From Isurus oxyrinchus (taxonomy: Eukaryota): a stretch of DNA of 64,000 nucleotides. The stretch is from positions 558,001 to 622,000 of the forward strand of contig JANJGN010000052.1 in the NCBI GenBank assembly GCA_026770705.1, in the 5' to 3' direction. Positions 14,245-27,083 of the stretch are shown here, in pieces (positions within the stretch are counted from its first letter, which is position 1; every line of letters starts with the position of its first letter). Made by a program: the position numbers and the translations under genes. Under the pieces are notes generated by a model. That model saw only the letters and a program-made list of their open reading frames with translations, was not told the origin of the DNA and ran no database searches.

Positions 14245-14434
14245 TATTAACAGATGTTAAATTATACATAATTCATAAGCTTCTCACAATCTTTTACAGC
14301 ATGGAAAAAGGTGCAGCATTCAGAAAGCTCAGTTAAAACCAATAAAAAAAAGTTGAGCAACATCATATTTCTGTTCATTACTATTTGGCCATGCTGGCTG
14401 CACACACCCCACAGCCCCGCTCCCTGTTTCACAC

Positions 14435-14683
14435 TCAGTTTTTCTGGAACCTGATCTGTGTGTATTCCGTGTCCTCGCTCCTGTGCACAGTCCTGTCACC
14501 GCTGGGCAGCTTTGAAAAGTTGATGTTGGCATAGAAAAGCTCGTCGGGTTTGTCGGGGTTCCCATGTCCAACATCGCCTCCCACTGGACCTTCAGAGAGA
14601 TCCCGGGGAGCTGGGGTCTCCCCCTCGCTAGTTGTGTCTCTGGTTGTGTTCCGGGGCTCAGTAATCAGCACGTTCTGTTTACC
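14435..14683 (-). CDS. Terminal cytoplasmic exon with ITIM (LFYANI) and ITSM-like motif (TEYTQI)
   Basis: Acceptor tctgtag|, phase 0, ends ...ELFYANINF...DTEYTQIRFQKN*. Same two-tyrosine layout as CD33-related Siglec tails. Confidence 0.92.
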   Translation of the reverse strand, partial: GKQNVLITEPRNTTRDTTSEGETPAPRDLSEGPVGGDVGHGNPDKPDELFYANINFSKLPSGDRTVHRSEDTEYTQIRFQKN

Positions 14684-15139
14684 CTACAGAGAAATGGAAA
14701 CAGAAGACATCCTCACATCATTTACTGGTACTGATAGGGTTAAGTTATTCTGCAGCCTCGTTACTGTCAGTCATGTCTCAGTGGGTTTAACCCTCTTTTT
14801 CACTCTCTTTCTCTGTCTCCTTTTTTTCAATCTCTTTCTCTGTCTCTCTTTCTCTCTCTCTCTCTTGCTTTCTCTATTTATCATGTAATCTCTCTCGCTA
14901 TCGCAGACCTGAGTCTTGAAGTCCTATGTTACCATCCCAATCATGAGATTTGTGCCCCATTATTCACAAACACAGACACACAAAGAACCTCACGCCAATG
15001 AAGGAATTTTATTGAAGGGCGACACTGCTACAGTGTTGGAAATGTGGCCATGGGACCAGATAAGATGGTAAACATGGTCAGCATTATACAACTATTCTGA
15101 AAGAGGCACCTCGAACACTGCAATGTTCTCTCAGTGCTC

Positions 15140-15520
15140 TCTGCTGACAGTGCAGCACTCCCTCGGAACTGCCCCTTCAAGAGGGCAGCACCCCTTGAAA
15201 ATGGACTCTTTGACAGTGCAGCACTCACTCAGTACTGTCCTCAGTACTGACCATCCGACAGTGCAGCACTCCCTCAGTACTGACCCTCCGACAGTGCAGC
15301 AGTCCCTCAGTACTGACCGTCCGACAGTCCAGCACTCCCTCAGTACTGACCCTATGACAGCGCAGCACTCCCTCAGTACTGACCCTCTGACAGTCTAGCT
15401 CTCCCTCAGTACAGACCCTCTGACAGTGCAACACACCCTCAGTACTGACCTTCTGACACTCCAGCACTCCCTCAGCACAGACCCTAGGACAGTGCAGCAC
15501 TCCCTCACTACTGACATCAG
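15140..15520. repeat. 33-bp minisatellite (agggagtgctgcactgtcggagggtcagtactg); other arrays at about 8850-9015, 20095-20460, 22200-22300, 31070-31385, 33540-33775, 63330-63670, 63945-64000
   Basis: Produces 11-aa periodic QHSLSTDPPTV pseudo-ORFs. Arrays often abut SINE-like bodies. Confidence 0.9.
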
Positions 15521-15727
15521 GTGCCTTGTCATTATTGCGTTCAGGTTTCTGGTCAAAGAGCAAGTGATGGAGGGAAGAGGGTGAGGGAGCGAGAGACAAT
15601 GCTACCTACTGAGCCATATCTGACTCCACAGGTAGATATCTGTGGGTAACCTGGCTGGGAATCTGGGACATGTGTTGTCTACACACTGAGATAGAAGCTT
15701 TGGAGTGAGTGTAAACAGCTCCTGTAC

Positions 15728-15809
15728 CTGGTGCTTCACAGAGAGTGGACTGGGGGTCAATACAATGTCACTGGTCCCTGAAACTCTCTCCTCCATCGCT
15801 GTCTTTCTC
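15728..15809 (-). CDS. Cytoplasmic exon 1 (RKTAMEERVSGTSDIVLTPSPLSVKHQ)
   Basis: Acceptor tattgcag|, donor CAG|gtacag, 82 nt, phase 2-0, bridging the TM and last exon in frame. Confidence 0.85.
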
Positions 15810-16364
15810 CTGCAATAACACAATATCACACTGTGGTTATCATATAGCAGAGAGTCAGTGCAGCACAGACACAGAGCCCAGTGTAACCTTACACCAACGA
15901 CTGGACTGTCTCTAGTTCCAATAAGGGATATCAGCGTGACATCACTATAATGGAAGTGTGTCATGTGATCCAATCTTAGTTTGACTTTTGCTTTGAGCAG
16001 AACACACACTCACAGCTCTGATGCCTTCAATCTTTCTCCATATGTATAACTGTTCTCGTGCCGAGTCTTGATAAACAAATCATTAACATTCTCACCCAAT
16101 CCCTGTGAGCGATTGGTGCTTTGTTTCTTGTACAATAAATAAGCCTAAGGTATAATATCATTATAATGACACGCCATATCTTTGACCCTCCCTCCACCCC
16201 TGCTCTTCCCCCCATAGCCCTTCAAATGTTCCCCCTTCAAGTATTAACCAATTCCCCTTTTGAAAGATCCTATTAAATCTGCTTCCAGCGCCCTTTCAGG
16301 CAGCACCTTCCAGATCACAGCAACTGATTATTATTCATCTGGATAACGGGCAATGAAAAACACT

Positions 16365-16835
16365 GTCTGGATCGTAAGGGACAAAACAGACCAGTTACGG
16401 AGAGGCATCTAGCGCTTAACACAAGGGAAACAATCACCGACTTCAGGAAAGAACATTGAAGCAAATATTTATCCCGGAGTAATCGTGCAGAGTGAGGAAT
16501 CTCTGGGTCTCGTGATTGTTTACTGGATACAGGACAATGAAAGGTTCTCTCCGGATCATAGTGGACACAGGGACCAGTTACGGAGAGGGACCTGGTGCTG
16601 ATCCCAAGGGAAACAATCACCGACTTAAGGAAAGAACATTGAAGCAAATATTTATCCCGGAGTAATCGTGCAGAGTGAGGAATCTCTGGGTCTCGTGATT
16701 GTTTACCTGGATACAGGACAATGAAAGGTTCTCTCCGGATCAGAGTGGACACAGGGATCACTTACAGAGACGGACCTGGTGCTGATCCCAAGGGAAACAA
16801 TCACCGACTTAAGGAAAGAACATTGAAGCAAATGT
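16365..16835. repeat. About 183-bp tandem repeat, about 2.5 copies, intronic
   Basis: aaacaatcaccgactt.aggaaagaacattgaagcaaat recurs at about 16428, 16611 and 16795. Confidence 0.85.
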
Positions 16836-16869
16836 TTATATTCAAATCAAGTTAAATCTTCAGACTTAC

Positions 16870-16966
16870 TTTCTCACACAGATGAAGATGAAGATTCCAG
16901 CCAGGAAAACACTCAACATGATCCCAGCCGTGAATAATCCTACTGTCCATTTACTGGAGTCTCTAC
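16870..16966 (-). CDS. TM exon, inhibitory type (RDSSKWTVGLFTAGIMLSVFLAGIFIFICVRK)
   Basis: Acceptor tttttacag|, donor AA|gtaagt, 97 nt, phase 1-2, uncharged TM helix. Confidence 0.9.
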
Positions 16967-17775
16967 CTGTAAAAACAGCCATTAATTACTGCACTACAGG
17001 TTTACAATGATGCTCCGATGTATCTCGAGAAGCGATACACTCACTCAGTGTTTAAATACTCATTCTCGGGCAATGCTGACATTTATTGTCCATCCCTAGT
17101 TTCCCTTGAGAAGGTGGTGGGGGGTCTTCCTCCTGAACCACTGGTTTGTCCCAAACTGGGAGACCAGTTCAGAGGGCAGGTAAGAGTTAACCATGTTGGT
17201 GTTACAGACTGGAGTCACATCCACATCGAGACATGCTTCCCTCCCTAAAGGGTATGTAGTCTCTACACATGTAACAACCAACCTCACTGAAATAATCGAC
17301 TATCAGGTCATTATCACACGGTGGTTTGCGGGATCTTACTGTGCACAAATCAGTACCTGTGTTTCCTACATTACAACAGTGAGCTCACTTCGATAATGCT
17401 TCACTGGCTGTTGAATGTTTAGTAATTTCTAAGCAATTTATGAATACAATAGTTGCATTTCAACATGTAACATTTATATATAATATTTATCAATTAAAGA
17501 ATGAGAAGTTCAGCAATTAAAAGGGTTGTTCAGGACAGTTAGAGAGAGAAAGGTCGTCAAGTACGGAGATTGGAAACGAAGACCTGACAGCCTTGTCCTC
17601 ACAACCATTGAAGGAGAAACTGAGAGCAAAAACAGAAAGGGAGAGGAAAAATTGGATGTGTGGATAACGTGGACTGAGCGAGGATTGAAGAAAACTGGAT
17701 TAAAAACAACACGATCCCAATGGCTCCACGGAGACCACGGAGACAACAAACAAACAAATGTATCTCCACACTCAC

Positions 17776-18057
17776 GTTCCACAGTGATGGTTATGAACCC
17801 CTCCACTGCTCCATGTTCATTCTCTGCCACACACTGATTGTCTCCAGTGTCCCTGGATGTAACGTGAGGAATCACCAACCACAGCTCATTGTTGGAACTG
17901 GTTCTGTTCATTGGGACATTAAGATGTCGCCACATCAGGTTAGAAGCTGGGAAGCTCTCGACAGAGCAGATTATCACTGCAGAATTCCCCTCAATTATAT
18001 TGATTGATGAAGCGTAAATCATATTAAGCGAAGTAAATGAGAGATCCTGTGGTGCAT
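17776..18057 (-). CDS. Siglec C2-set Ig exon, tandem duplicate (DNQC variant)
   Basis: 282 nt, phase 1-1, canonical splice sites, about 1.1 kb repeat of the previous exon unit. Confidence 0.88.
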
Positions 18058-18872
18058 CTAAAAACAAATCAAGTGTTTAATGTGAGCAAACCTATTGCAC
18101 AGCAAGACTCCATGCATCATCTCTCTGTATCTGATGTCTGAATGCATTTCCAGGTAACTTCCCTCAGGATAACGTCTTATGCCACATTTTTAATGGACAC
18201 TGCCTATGTAAACTGTCACACTGCAGTTGCATTCTCCCACCAGTAGAGGTGTTGTCCATTTAGAATGAAAGAAGCTTGCTTTCACATCCTCAGGATTTCG
18301 CAAAGGGCTGGACAGGCAATGAATTGTATTTGATCGATGGAGCACTGATGGGTAAATCTACCATTCTCTGTTCAGGAGGTTGCTCATCCAATTCAGGGTC
18401 TTGTTGATCTGGAGTTTACCTTCCTTCAACACAGAATCGGAGCTGATACCGAGACTCCAGTGCAGCACTGAGAGAGGAGAGGGAACTCACGTGTGTGTAT
18501 CTGTGTGTTTGTGTTTCTGCACATGTGAGTGTGTTTGTGTGTGTATGCACACATGTGTCTGTGTGTGCGCATGCGCATGTGTCTGTGTGTCTAGGTCTGT
18601 CCATGAGTGAGAGTATGTGCATGTGTGTGTCTATGTGTGGGCATGAATGTGTGTGTGTGTTTGAGATGGGTGTGTATTTTCCTGTGTATGTGCTTCTATG
18701 TGTATGACTGTGTGTGGATAATTATGCATGTGTGNNNNNNNNNNNNNNNNNNNNNNNNNNNNNNNNNNNNNNNNNNNNNNNNNNNNNNNNNNNNNNNNNN
18801 NNNNNNNNNNNNNNNNNNNNNNNNNNNNNNNNNNNNNNNNNNNNNNNNNNNNNNNNNNNNNNNNTAACTCAC

Positions 18873-19154
18873 GTTCCACAGTGATGGTTATGAACCCCTC
18901 CACTGCTCCATGTTCATTCTCTGCCACACACTGATAGTCTCCAGTGTCCCTGGATGTAACGTGAGGAAACACCAACCACAGCTCATTGTTGGAACTTGTT
19001 CTGTTCATTGGGACATTAAGATGTCGCCACGTCAGGTTAGAAGCTGGGAAGCTCTCGACAGAGCAGATTATCACTGCAGAATTCCCCTCAATTATATTGA
19101 TCGATGAAGAGTTAATCATATCAAGAGAAGTAAATGTGAGATTCTGTGGAGCAT
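18873..19154 (-). CDS. Siglec C2-set Ig exon (DAPQNL...IICSVES...DYQC...ITVE)
   Basis: 282 nt, phase 1-1, canonical AG/GTGAGT, both Ig cysteines and core Trp present. Confidence 0.9.
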
Positions 19155-19847
19155 CTAAGAACAAATCAAGTGTTTAATGTGAGCAAGCAGCATGCACAGC
19201 AAGACTCCATGCATCATCTCTCTGTATCTGATGGCTGTATGCATTTCCAGATACCTTCCCTCCATATAACTTCCACTGTCAAATTTATAATGGGCACTGC
19301 CTATGTAAACAGTCAAACTACAGTTACATTCTCCCACCAGTAGAGGTGTTGTCCATCTAGAATGAAAGAAGCTTGCTTTCACATCCTCAGGATTTCGCAA
19401 AGGGCTGGACAGGCAATGAATTGTATTTGATCGATGGAGCACTGAGGGGTAAATCTACAATTCTCTGTTCAGGAGGTTGCTCATCCAATTCAGGGTCTTG
19501 TTGATCTGGAGTTTACCTTCCTTCAACACAGAATCGGAGCTGACACCGAGACTCCAGTGCAGCCCTGAGAGAGAAGAGGGACCTCACGCGTGTTTATGTG
19601 TATGTGTTTGTGTTTCTACATATGTGAGTATGTTTGTGTGAGTATGCATGCATGTGTCTGTGTGTGCATGTGTGTATGTGCGTGTGTCTTTGTGTATATT
19701 TCTGTGCATAAGTGAATGTGTGTACATGTGTATGTGTATGGTGTGTGCACGTGTGAGTGTGTGTGTGAGTTGAGTGTGTGTATGTTTCTGTGTAGGTTTT
19801 TGCACGTGTATGACTGTGTGTAAATGTGCATGTATGTGCCTACACAT

Positions 19848-19885
<38 letters not shown>

Positions 19886-22369
19886 ATGTGTGCATGTGGA
19901 TTGTCGCATCTTTATTATTAACGTTATTTAAAAATAGTGATCACACAAGCCTGGCTTCTAAGGAGATGAAACTGCAAACAATTTACAGTAAAGTGAAATG
20001 TACAGGAATAATCTATTTATTTAGAGTTGATGATATATAATTATACATGAGACATGTTGCTAATTTCAAACATCATCTGAAATATGGCAGGTCTGACAGA
20101 GCAGCATTCCCTCAGTGTCCACCCTCTGACAGTGCAGCACTCCCTCAGCATTGACGCTTTGAGAGTGCAGCACTCCTTCAGTATTGACCCTCTGGAAGTG
20201 CAGCACTCCCTCAGTGCTAACCCTCCAACAGTGCAGCACTCCCTCAGTACTGACCCTCTGACAGTGCAGCACTCCCTAAATACTGACCCTCTGACAGTTC
20301 AGCACTGCCTCAGTACTGACCCTTTGATAGAGCAGGGTTTCCCTCAGTACTGACCTCCTGACAGTGCAGCACTCCCTCAGTACTGACCCTCTGACAGTGC
20401 AGCACTCCCTCAATATTGACCCTCCAACAGTGCAGCACTCCGTCAGCACTCCCTCACTGGGGAGAGTCCATCTGGGTTTTGAGCTGAAACCTTGAGACGG
20501 TTTGAAAACCCCAACCTGCTGTCTTGGAGAGAGAGAGAGAGAGAGTGAGTGCGTGTGTGAGAAAGAGAGACAATGTGTGTGTGAGAGAGTGACAGTGCGT
20601 ATGTGTGCGAGAGAGAAGGATAGAGAGAAAGAGAAAATGTGTGAGAGAGCAAAAGAGAGGTAGAGTGTGTACGCATGAGAGAGTGAGGTAGCTGAATTGT
20701 GTGAGAGAGAGAGTGTGTGTGAGAGAAAGGGAATGTCTGTGTTAGAGAGAGAGCTTATGTGTGAGAGAGAAAGAAAGAGAGAGAATCTGNNNNNNNNNNN
20801 NNNNNNNNNNNNNNNNNNNNNNNNNNNNNNNNNNNNNNNNNNNNNNNNNNNNNNNNNNNNNNNNNNNNNNNNNNNNNNNNNNNNNNNNNNNNNNNNNNNN
20901 NNNNNNNNNNNNNNNNNNNNNNNNNNGAGAAGGAGTGTGCGAGAGAGGGTGTGTGTATTTGAGAGGGAGTGTGTGTATTTAAAAGAATGAACAAGAGAAA
21001 ATGTGTGTATGTGTGTGTGTGTGTGTCTGCGTGTGCATTCTGACTGAGCCGAGTTTACAGTTTCACACGTTGCTAGGGACCACTTTTCCGCCTCTCTGTC
21101 AGACTGTGTGTATCTGACAGCAGGTCAGGCAGGAATAGTCCAGAATGCGCTGTGGTTTTGTAGCATTGAAACAACGACAGGAACTAAATGAGTGCTGCAC
21201 CAAATAAAGACATGGAGTGACCACACCAAAAAACCACGTGACATCCCCAGTTTCACATCTCCCTCAAACACAGAAAAACTGGGTTAACACTGACCCTCCT
21301 CCCAGAGCCAGTTCACCTCGTGTCCGATGCAGTCAGGAGAGGAAGATCATCTCTCCTCCGATCCTGCTAAACTGAACATTTCCAGAATTAGATCAGCTCC
21401 CTGAAGTGTCTCCAGTTAGACATTCATCTGACAGGATTGACTCTACAACCCTGGGGACTCATTCTCCTGTAAGTAAAACACTTGCTGCTCCTGTCAAATC
21501 TCTTCTGTACAGCATGGTCTCTGGATGTCCCAGAACACTTTACAAGTGAGTTCACCCTTTTTTCGAAGTGTGGTTACTGTTGTAATGTAGGAAACGCAGC
21601 AGCCAATTAGCGCACAGCAAGCTCCCACAAACAGCAATGTGATCATCTGTTTTTGGTGATGTTGGTTGAGGGATAAATATTGGTCCCAGGACACCGGGGA
21701 GATCTCCCCCCTGCTCTTCCTCCAAATAGTGGCTGTGGGATCTTTCACACCCGCCCGAGAGGGCAGACGGGGGACTCGGTTTAGTGTCTAATATTGGACT
21801 AATCTCCAGGCGAGGTTGGCTGGATGGATTATTGACAAGGTCCATTCACCCTGTAAAGAGTTTCTCTGGTTTGAAATACCCGATCAAACATCGAGTTCTG
21901 TGTCTAAACCTTGTGTTGAAAAGACACCTTTCCAGCTCTTCACCTGCCATTAGCTTGTTGAGTCTTCACATGCTCCGTCTGTCCGTGACCAACCCCTCTT
22001 AGCTCATCCTTTCCTTGTCGTACATCGAGCTGTTCATCCTGACGGGTTCCATCCTTCCCAGTAACACTCCATCTCCGACATCAAACTAACTCCCAACACG
22101 TTGATGAATTGTATGGATTCCAGCGTCAGTTGGTTCTGTCTGAGGCTGTTTCTCTGATCGGGGACGGAGCTGTTCTGAATGGACATTGTGTTCAGTACTG
22201 ATCCTCCGACAGTGCAGCACTCCCTCAGTACTTACCCTCTGACAGTGCAGCACGCCCTCAGTACCGATCCTCTGACAGTGCAGCACTCCCTCACCACTCC
22301 CTCACTGGGGAGAATCTACCTGGGTTTTGAGCTGAAATCATGAGCAGGTCTTAAAACATTCTGTATCAG

Positions 22370-23581
22370 AGAGAGAGAGAGTGTCTGAGAGAGAGAGAGA
22401 GACAGAGAGACTGTGTGAGAGAGAAAAAGAGATAGAGAGTGTGCATGTGTGAGGGAGAGTGTTTGTATATGAGGGAGAGAGTGTGCATGTGAGAGTGTGT
22501 GAGAGAGAGTGTGTGGGAGAGAGCGTGTGTTTGTGACAGAGAGTGTGTGTGTGTGAGAGAGAGTGTCTGTGAGAGAGATTGTGTGGGAGAGAGAGTGTGT
22601 TTGTGACAGAGAGTGTGTGTGTGCGAGGGAGAGAAAGAGAGACAGCAGAAGATCGAGATGAAGAGAAATGTTAAATGTTTGAGAGAGAGAGAATGTGTGT
22701 GTCTGAGAGAGAGAGTGTGTGTGTGTGAGAGAGAGTGTGTGCTTGACAGAAAGAGAGATTGTGTTAGTTTTAGGGAAAGTGTGTGAGTGTGTGAGAGAGT
22801 GTTTGTGTCTGAGAGAGAGAGACAATGTATTTGAGGGAGGGAGACAGAGAGAATGTGTGTGTGAGAGAGAGAGAGATAGAGCAGAAGAGTGCGATAGAGA
22901 GAGATTGTGAGTGTCAGAGAGAGAATGTGTGTGTGTGTGAGAGAGAGATAGAGCAGAAGAGTGTGATAGAGAGAGATTGTGAGTGTTAGAGAGAGAATGT
23001 GTGTGTGTGAGTGAGAGAGATAGAGTAGAGGAGTGTGATAGAGAGAGATTGTGAGTGTTAGAGAGAGAATGTGTGTTTGTGAGAGAGAGAGAGCAGAAGA
23101 GTGCAATAGAGAGAGATTGTGTTTGTTAGAGAGAGAATGTGTGTGTGTGTGAGAGAGAGATAGAGCAGAAGAGTGTGATAGAGAGAGATTGTGAGTGTTA
23201 GAGAGAGAATGTGTGTGTGTGAGAGAGAGAGAGATAGATAGAGCAGAAGAGTGTGATAGAGAGAGATTGTGAGTGTTAGAAAGAGAATGTGTGTGTGAGA
23301 GAGAGAGAGATAGAGCAGAAGAGTGCGATAGAGAGAGATTGTGAGTGTTAGAGAGAGAATGTGTGTGTGAGAGAGAGAGAGATAGAGCAGAGGAGTGTGA
23401 TAGAGAGAGATTGTGAGTGTTAGAGAGAGAATGTGTGTGTGTGTGAGAGAGAGAGATAGAGCAGAGGAGTGTGATAGAGAGAGATTGTGTTTGTTAGAGA
23501 GAGAATGTGTGTGTGTGTGAGAGAGAGAGAGATAGAGCAGAGGAGTGTGATAGAGAGAGATTGTGTTTGTTAGAGAGAGAA

Positions 23582-23613
<32 letters not shown>

Positions 23614-25650
23614 CAGAAGAGTGTGATAGAGAGAGATTGTGAGTGTTAGAGAGAGAATGTGTGTGTGAGAGAGAGAGATAGAGCAGAAGAGTGTGATAGA
23701 GAGAGATTGTGAGTGTTAGAGAGAGAATGTGTGTGTGTGAGAGAGAGAGATAGAGCAGAAGAGTGCGATAGAGAGACATTGTGAGTGTTAGAGAGAGAAT
23801 GTGTGTGTGTGTGTGAGAGAGAGATAGAGCAGAAGAGTGTGATAGAGAGAGATTGTGAGTGTTAGAGAGAGAATGTGTGTGAGAGAGAGAGAGAGATAGA
23901 GCAGAAGAGTGTGATAGAGAGAGATTGTGAGTGTTAGAGAGAGAATGTGTGTGTGAGAGAGAGAGATAGAGCAGAAGAGTGCGATAGAGAGAGATTGTGA
24001 GTGTTAGAGAGAGAATGTGTGTGTGAGAGAGAGAGAGATAGAGCAGAAGAGTGTGATAGAGAGAGATTGTGAGTGTTAGAGAGAGAATGTGTGTGTGTGA
24101 GAGAGAGAGAGATAGAGCAGAGGAGTGTGATAGAGAGAGATTGTGAGTGTTAGAGAGAGAATGTATGTTTGTGAGAGAGAGAGAGAGCAGAAGAGTGCGA
24201 TAGAGAGAGATTGTGAGTGTTAGAGAGAGAATGTGTGTGTGTGTGAGAGAGATAGAGCAGAAGAGTGTGATAGAGAGAGATTGTGAGTGTTAGAGAGAGA
24301 ATGTGTGTGTGAGAGAGAGAGAGATAGAGCAGAAGAGTGTGATAGAGAGAGATTGTGAGTGTTAGAGAGAGAATGTGTGTGTGTGAGAGAGAGAGATAGA
24401 GCAGAAGAGTGCGATAGAGAGAGATTGTGAGTGTTAGAGAGAGAATGTGTGTGTGTGTGAGAGAGAGATAGAGCAGAGGAGTGTGATAGAGAGAGATTGT
24501 GAGTGTTAGAAAGAGAATGTGTGTGTGTGAGAGAGAGAGATCGAGCAGAAGAGTGCGATAGAGAGAGATTGTGAGTGTTAGAGAGAGGATGTGTGTGTGT
24601 GTGAGAGAGATAGAGCAGAAGAGTGTGATAGAGAGAGATTGTGAGTGTTAGAGAGAGAAGGTGTGTGTGTGAGAGAGAGAGATAGAGCAGAAGAGTGTGA
24701 TAGAGAGAGATTGTGAGTGTTAGAGAGAGAAGGTGTGTGTGTGAGAGAGAGAGATAGAGCAGAAGAGTGCGATAGAGAGAGATTGTGAGTGTTAGAGAGA
24801 GAATGTGTGTGTGAGAGAGAGAGAGATAGAGCAGAAGAGTGCGATAGATAGAGATTGTGAGTGTTAGAGAGAGAATGTGTGTGTGTGAGAGAGAGAGATA
24901 GAGCAGAAGAGTGCGATAGAGAGAGATTGTGAGTGTTAGAGAGAGAATGTGTGTGTGTGTGAGAGAGAGATAGAGCAGAGGAGTGTGATAGAGAGAGATT
25001 GTGAGTGTTAGAAAGAGAATGTGTGTGTGTGAGAGAGAGAGATCGAGCAGAAGAGTGCGATAGAGAGAGATTGTGAGTGTTAGAGAGAGGATGTGTGTGT
25101 GTGTGAGAGAGATCGAGCAGAAGAGTGCGATAGAGAGAGATTGTGAGTGTTAGAGAGAGGATGTGTGTGTGTGTGAGAGAGATAGAGCAGAAGAGTGTGA
25201 TAGAGAGAGATTGTGAGTGTTAGAGAGAGAAGGTGTGTGTGTGAGAGAGAGAGATAGAGCAGAAGAGTGCGATAGAGAGAGATTGTGAGTGTTAGAGAGA
25301 GAATGTGTGTGTGAGAGAGAGAGAGATAGAGCAGAAGAGTGCGATAGATAGAGATTGTGAGTGTTGGAGAGAGAATGTGTGTGAGAGAGAGAGAGAGACA
25401 GAGCAGAAGATTGTGATCGAGAGAGATTGTGAGTGTTAGAGAGAGAATGTGTGAGTGTGAGAGAGAGAGAGATAGAGCAGAAGAGTGTGATAGAGAGAGA
25501 TTGTGAGTGTTAGAGAGAGAATGTGTGTGTGTGAGAGAGAGAGATAGAGCAGAAGAGTGCGATAGAGAGAGATTGTGAGTGTTAGAGAGAGAATGTGTGT
25601 GTGTGAGAGAGAGAGATAGAGCAGAAGAGTGCGATAGATAGAGATTGTGA
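22370..25650. repeat. Same satellite in reverse orientation, about twice as long
   Basis: gatagagcagaagagtgtgatagagagagattgtgagtgttagagagagaat(gt)n(ga)n units. Confidence 0.95.
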
Positions 25651-25915
25651 GGACTAAACTCACTGAGAGAAAAAGCTGGACACCCAGCACAGGGAGTGAG
25701 GGAACAATGAATTTTTGCCGTGTTTGGTGAATCGGTTTGCGATGTCCCTTCTCAATCTCTCCTTCCTTGTCTTGACATTAGTTTATTCCCTGGGGCTGTT
25801 TAATTCCCTGAAAGGTGCCATTTAAACACAAGTTGTTGTTTGAGGAAGAAACGCTGGGGACAATTTATGAAAAAGTCTCTGTCTTTATCATTTCCATTTA
25901 GATGAGGAACTGAAG

Positions 25916-27083
25916 ATGGGAGAGGTCGGTCTGATATTGATCTTCATCAGCTTGCTGCAAGGTACAAATTCATTACTGATCGGAACTCAGGGAATTGGAT
26001 TCTTTCCTGGAGTGAGGAAGTGAACATTTAATTTTAGAGAACAGGGTTAGTGATCACACAGAGAGTGAGTGATTAGCGAGTCAGAGAATATAGCAAAAGC
26101 AAAAGCCTCATACGGACTCGAAACACCAACTCTGTTTCTCTCTCCACAGATGCTGTCAGACCTGCTGAGTTTTTCCAGCATTTTCTGTTTGTGCATCAGA
26201 GAGCTTGTTTCAATAGGAATGACAGTGCATTTATATTGCACCTTTAATGCAGTAAAACATCCTTATTGCTTCACAGGATTCCCCCACAAGGGGTAACATC
26301 CCCTCAGCATCCACCCTGTCAAACCCCCCACCACCTCAGAATCTTATATGTTTCAATAAGATCACCTCTCATTCTTCTAAACTCCAATGGATACAGGGCC
26401 CAACCTGCTCAACATTTCCTCACAGGACAAACCCCCTTCATCCCAGGAATCAGCCCAGTGAACCTCCTCTGAGCTGCCTCCAATGCAGAGTCTATCCCTC
26501 CCTAAGTAAGGAGACCAGAACTGTACACACTGCTCCTGATACAATCTCACCAACGCCCTGTGCAGTTGTAGCAAGACTTCCCTCCTTTTATACTCCATCC
26601 CTTTGCAATAAAGGCCAACATTCCACTTGCCTTCCTCATTCTGTGCTGTTCCTGAATGCTGACTTTCTGTGATTCATGTACAAGGACACCCAGATCCCTC
26701 TGTACCGCATTCTGCTGCCTCTCTCCATTGAAGTAATATTCTGCTTTTTGATGTCCTGTCTCTTCCCTTGTTGCCTTTCAGGAGTGACGTCAGAGGGATG
26801 GTCTATGAAGGCGCTGCCTCGGAGGGCCATCAGCAGCTCTTGTGTGGTTATTCCGTGTAGCTTTGACTTTCCTTCCCACTCTTACACAGCACTGCACGGA
26901 GCTTGGTATATATATTGGTATAGATGGAAATATACCATCACATACACCAAAGATCCCAATTATGGGGTGGCCACATTCGTGGGACGTGCTAAAATCATCG
27001 GCGACTTGGAAGGGAAGAATTGTTCGGTGAGGATTGACAGTCTCAGAGCTGAAGACAGGGACGTGTATTACACCCAATTCTAA
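25916..27083 (+). pseudogene. Siglec/CD22-like pseudogene: leader exon (25916-25961) plus V exon from 26782, truncated at about 27070 by fusion to Gypsy gag
   Basis: MGEVGLILIFISLLQ G|gtac. V exon reads SSCVVIPCSFDFP...GRAKIIGDLEGKNCSVRIDSLRAEDRDVYY, then a stop; no donor and no downstream Ig exons. Confidence 0.85.

Noticed and set aside
21000-22200. Possible 5' UTR exons or promoter for the plus-strand pseudogene (donor-like gtaagt at about 21469)
   Set aside because: Isolated splice-like motifs only; not supportable without transcript data.
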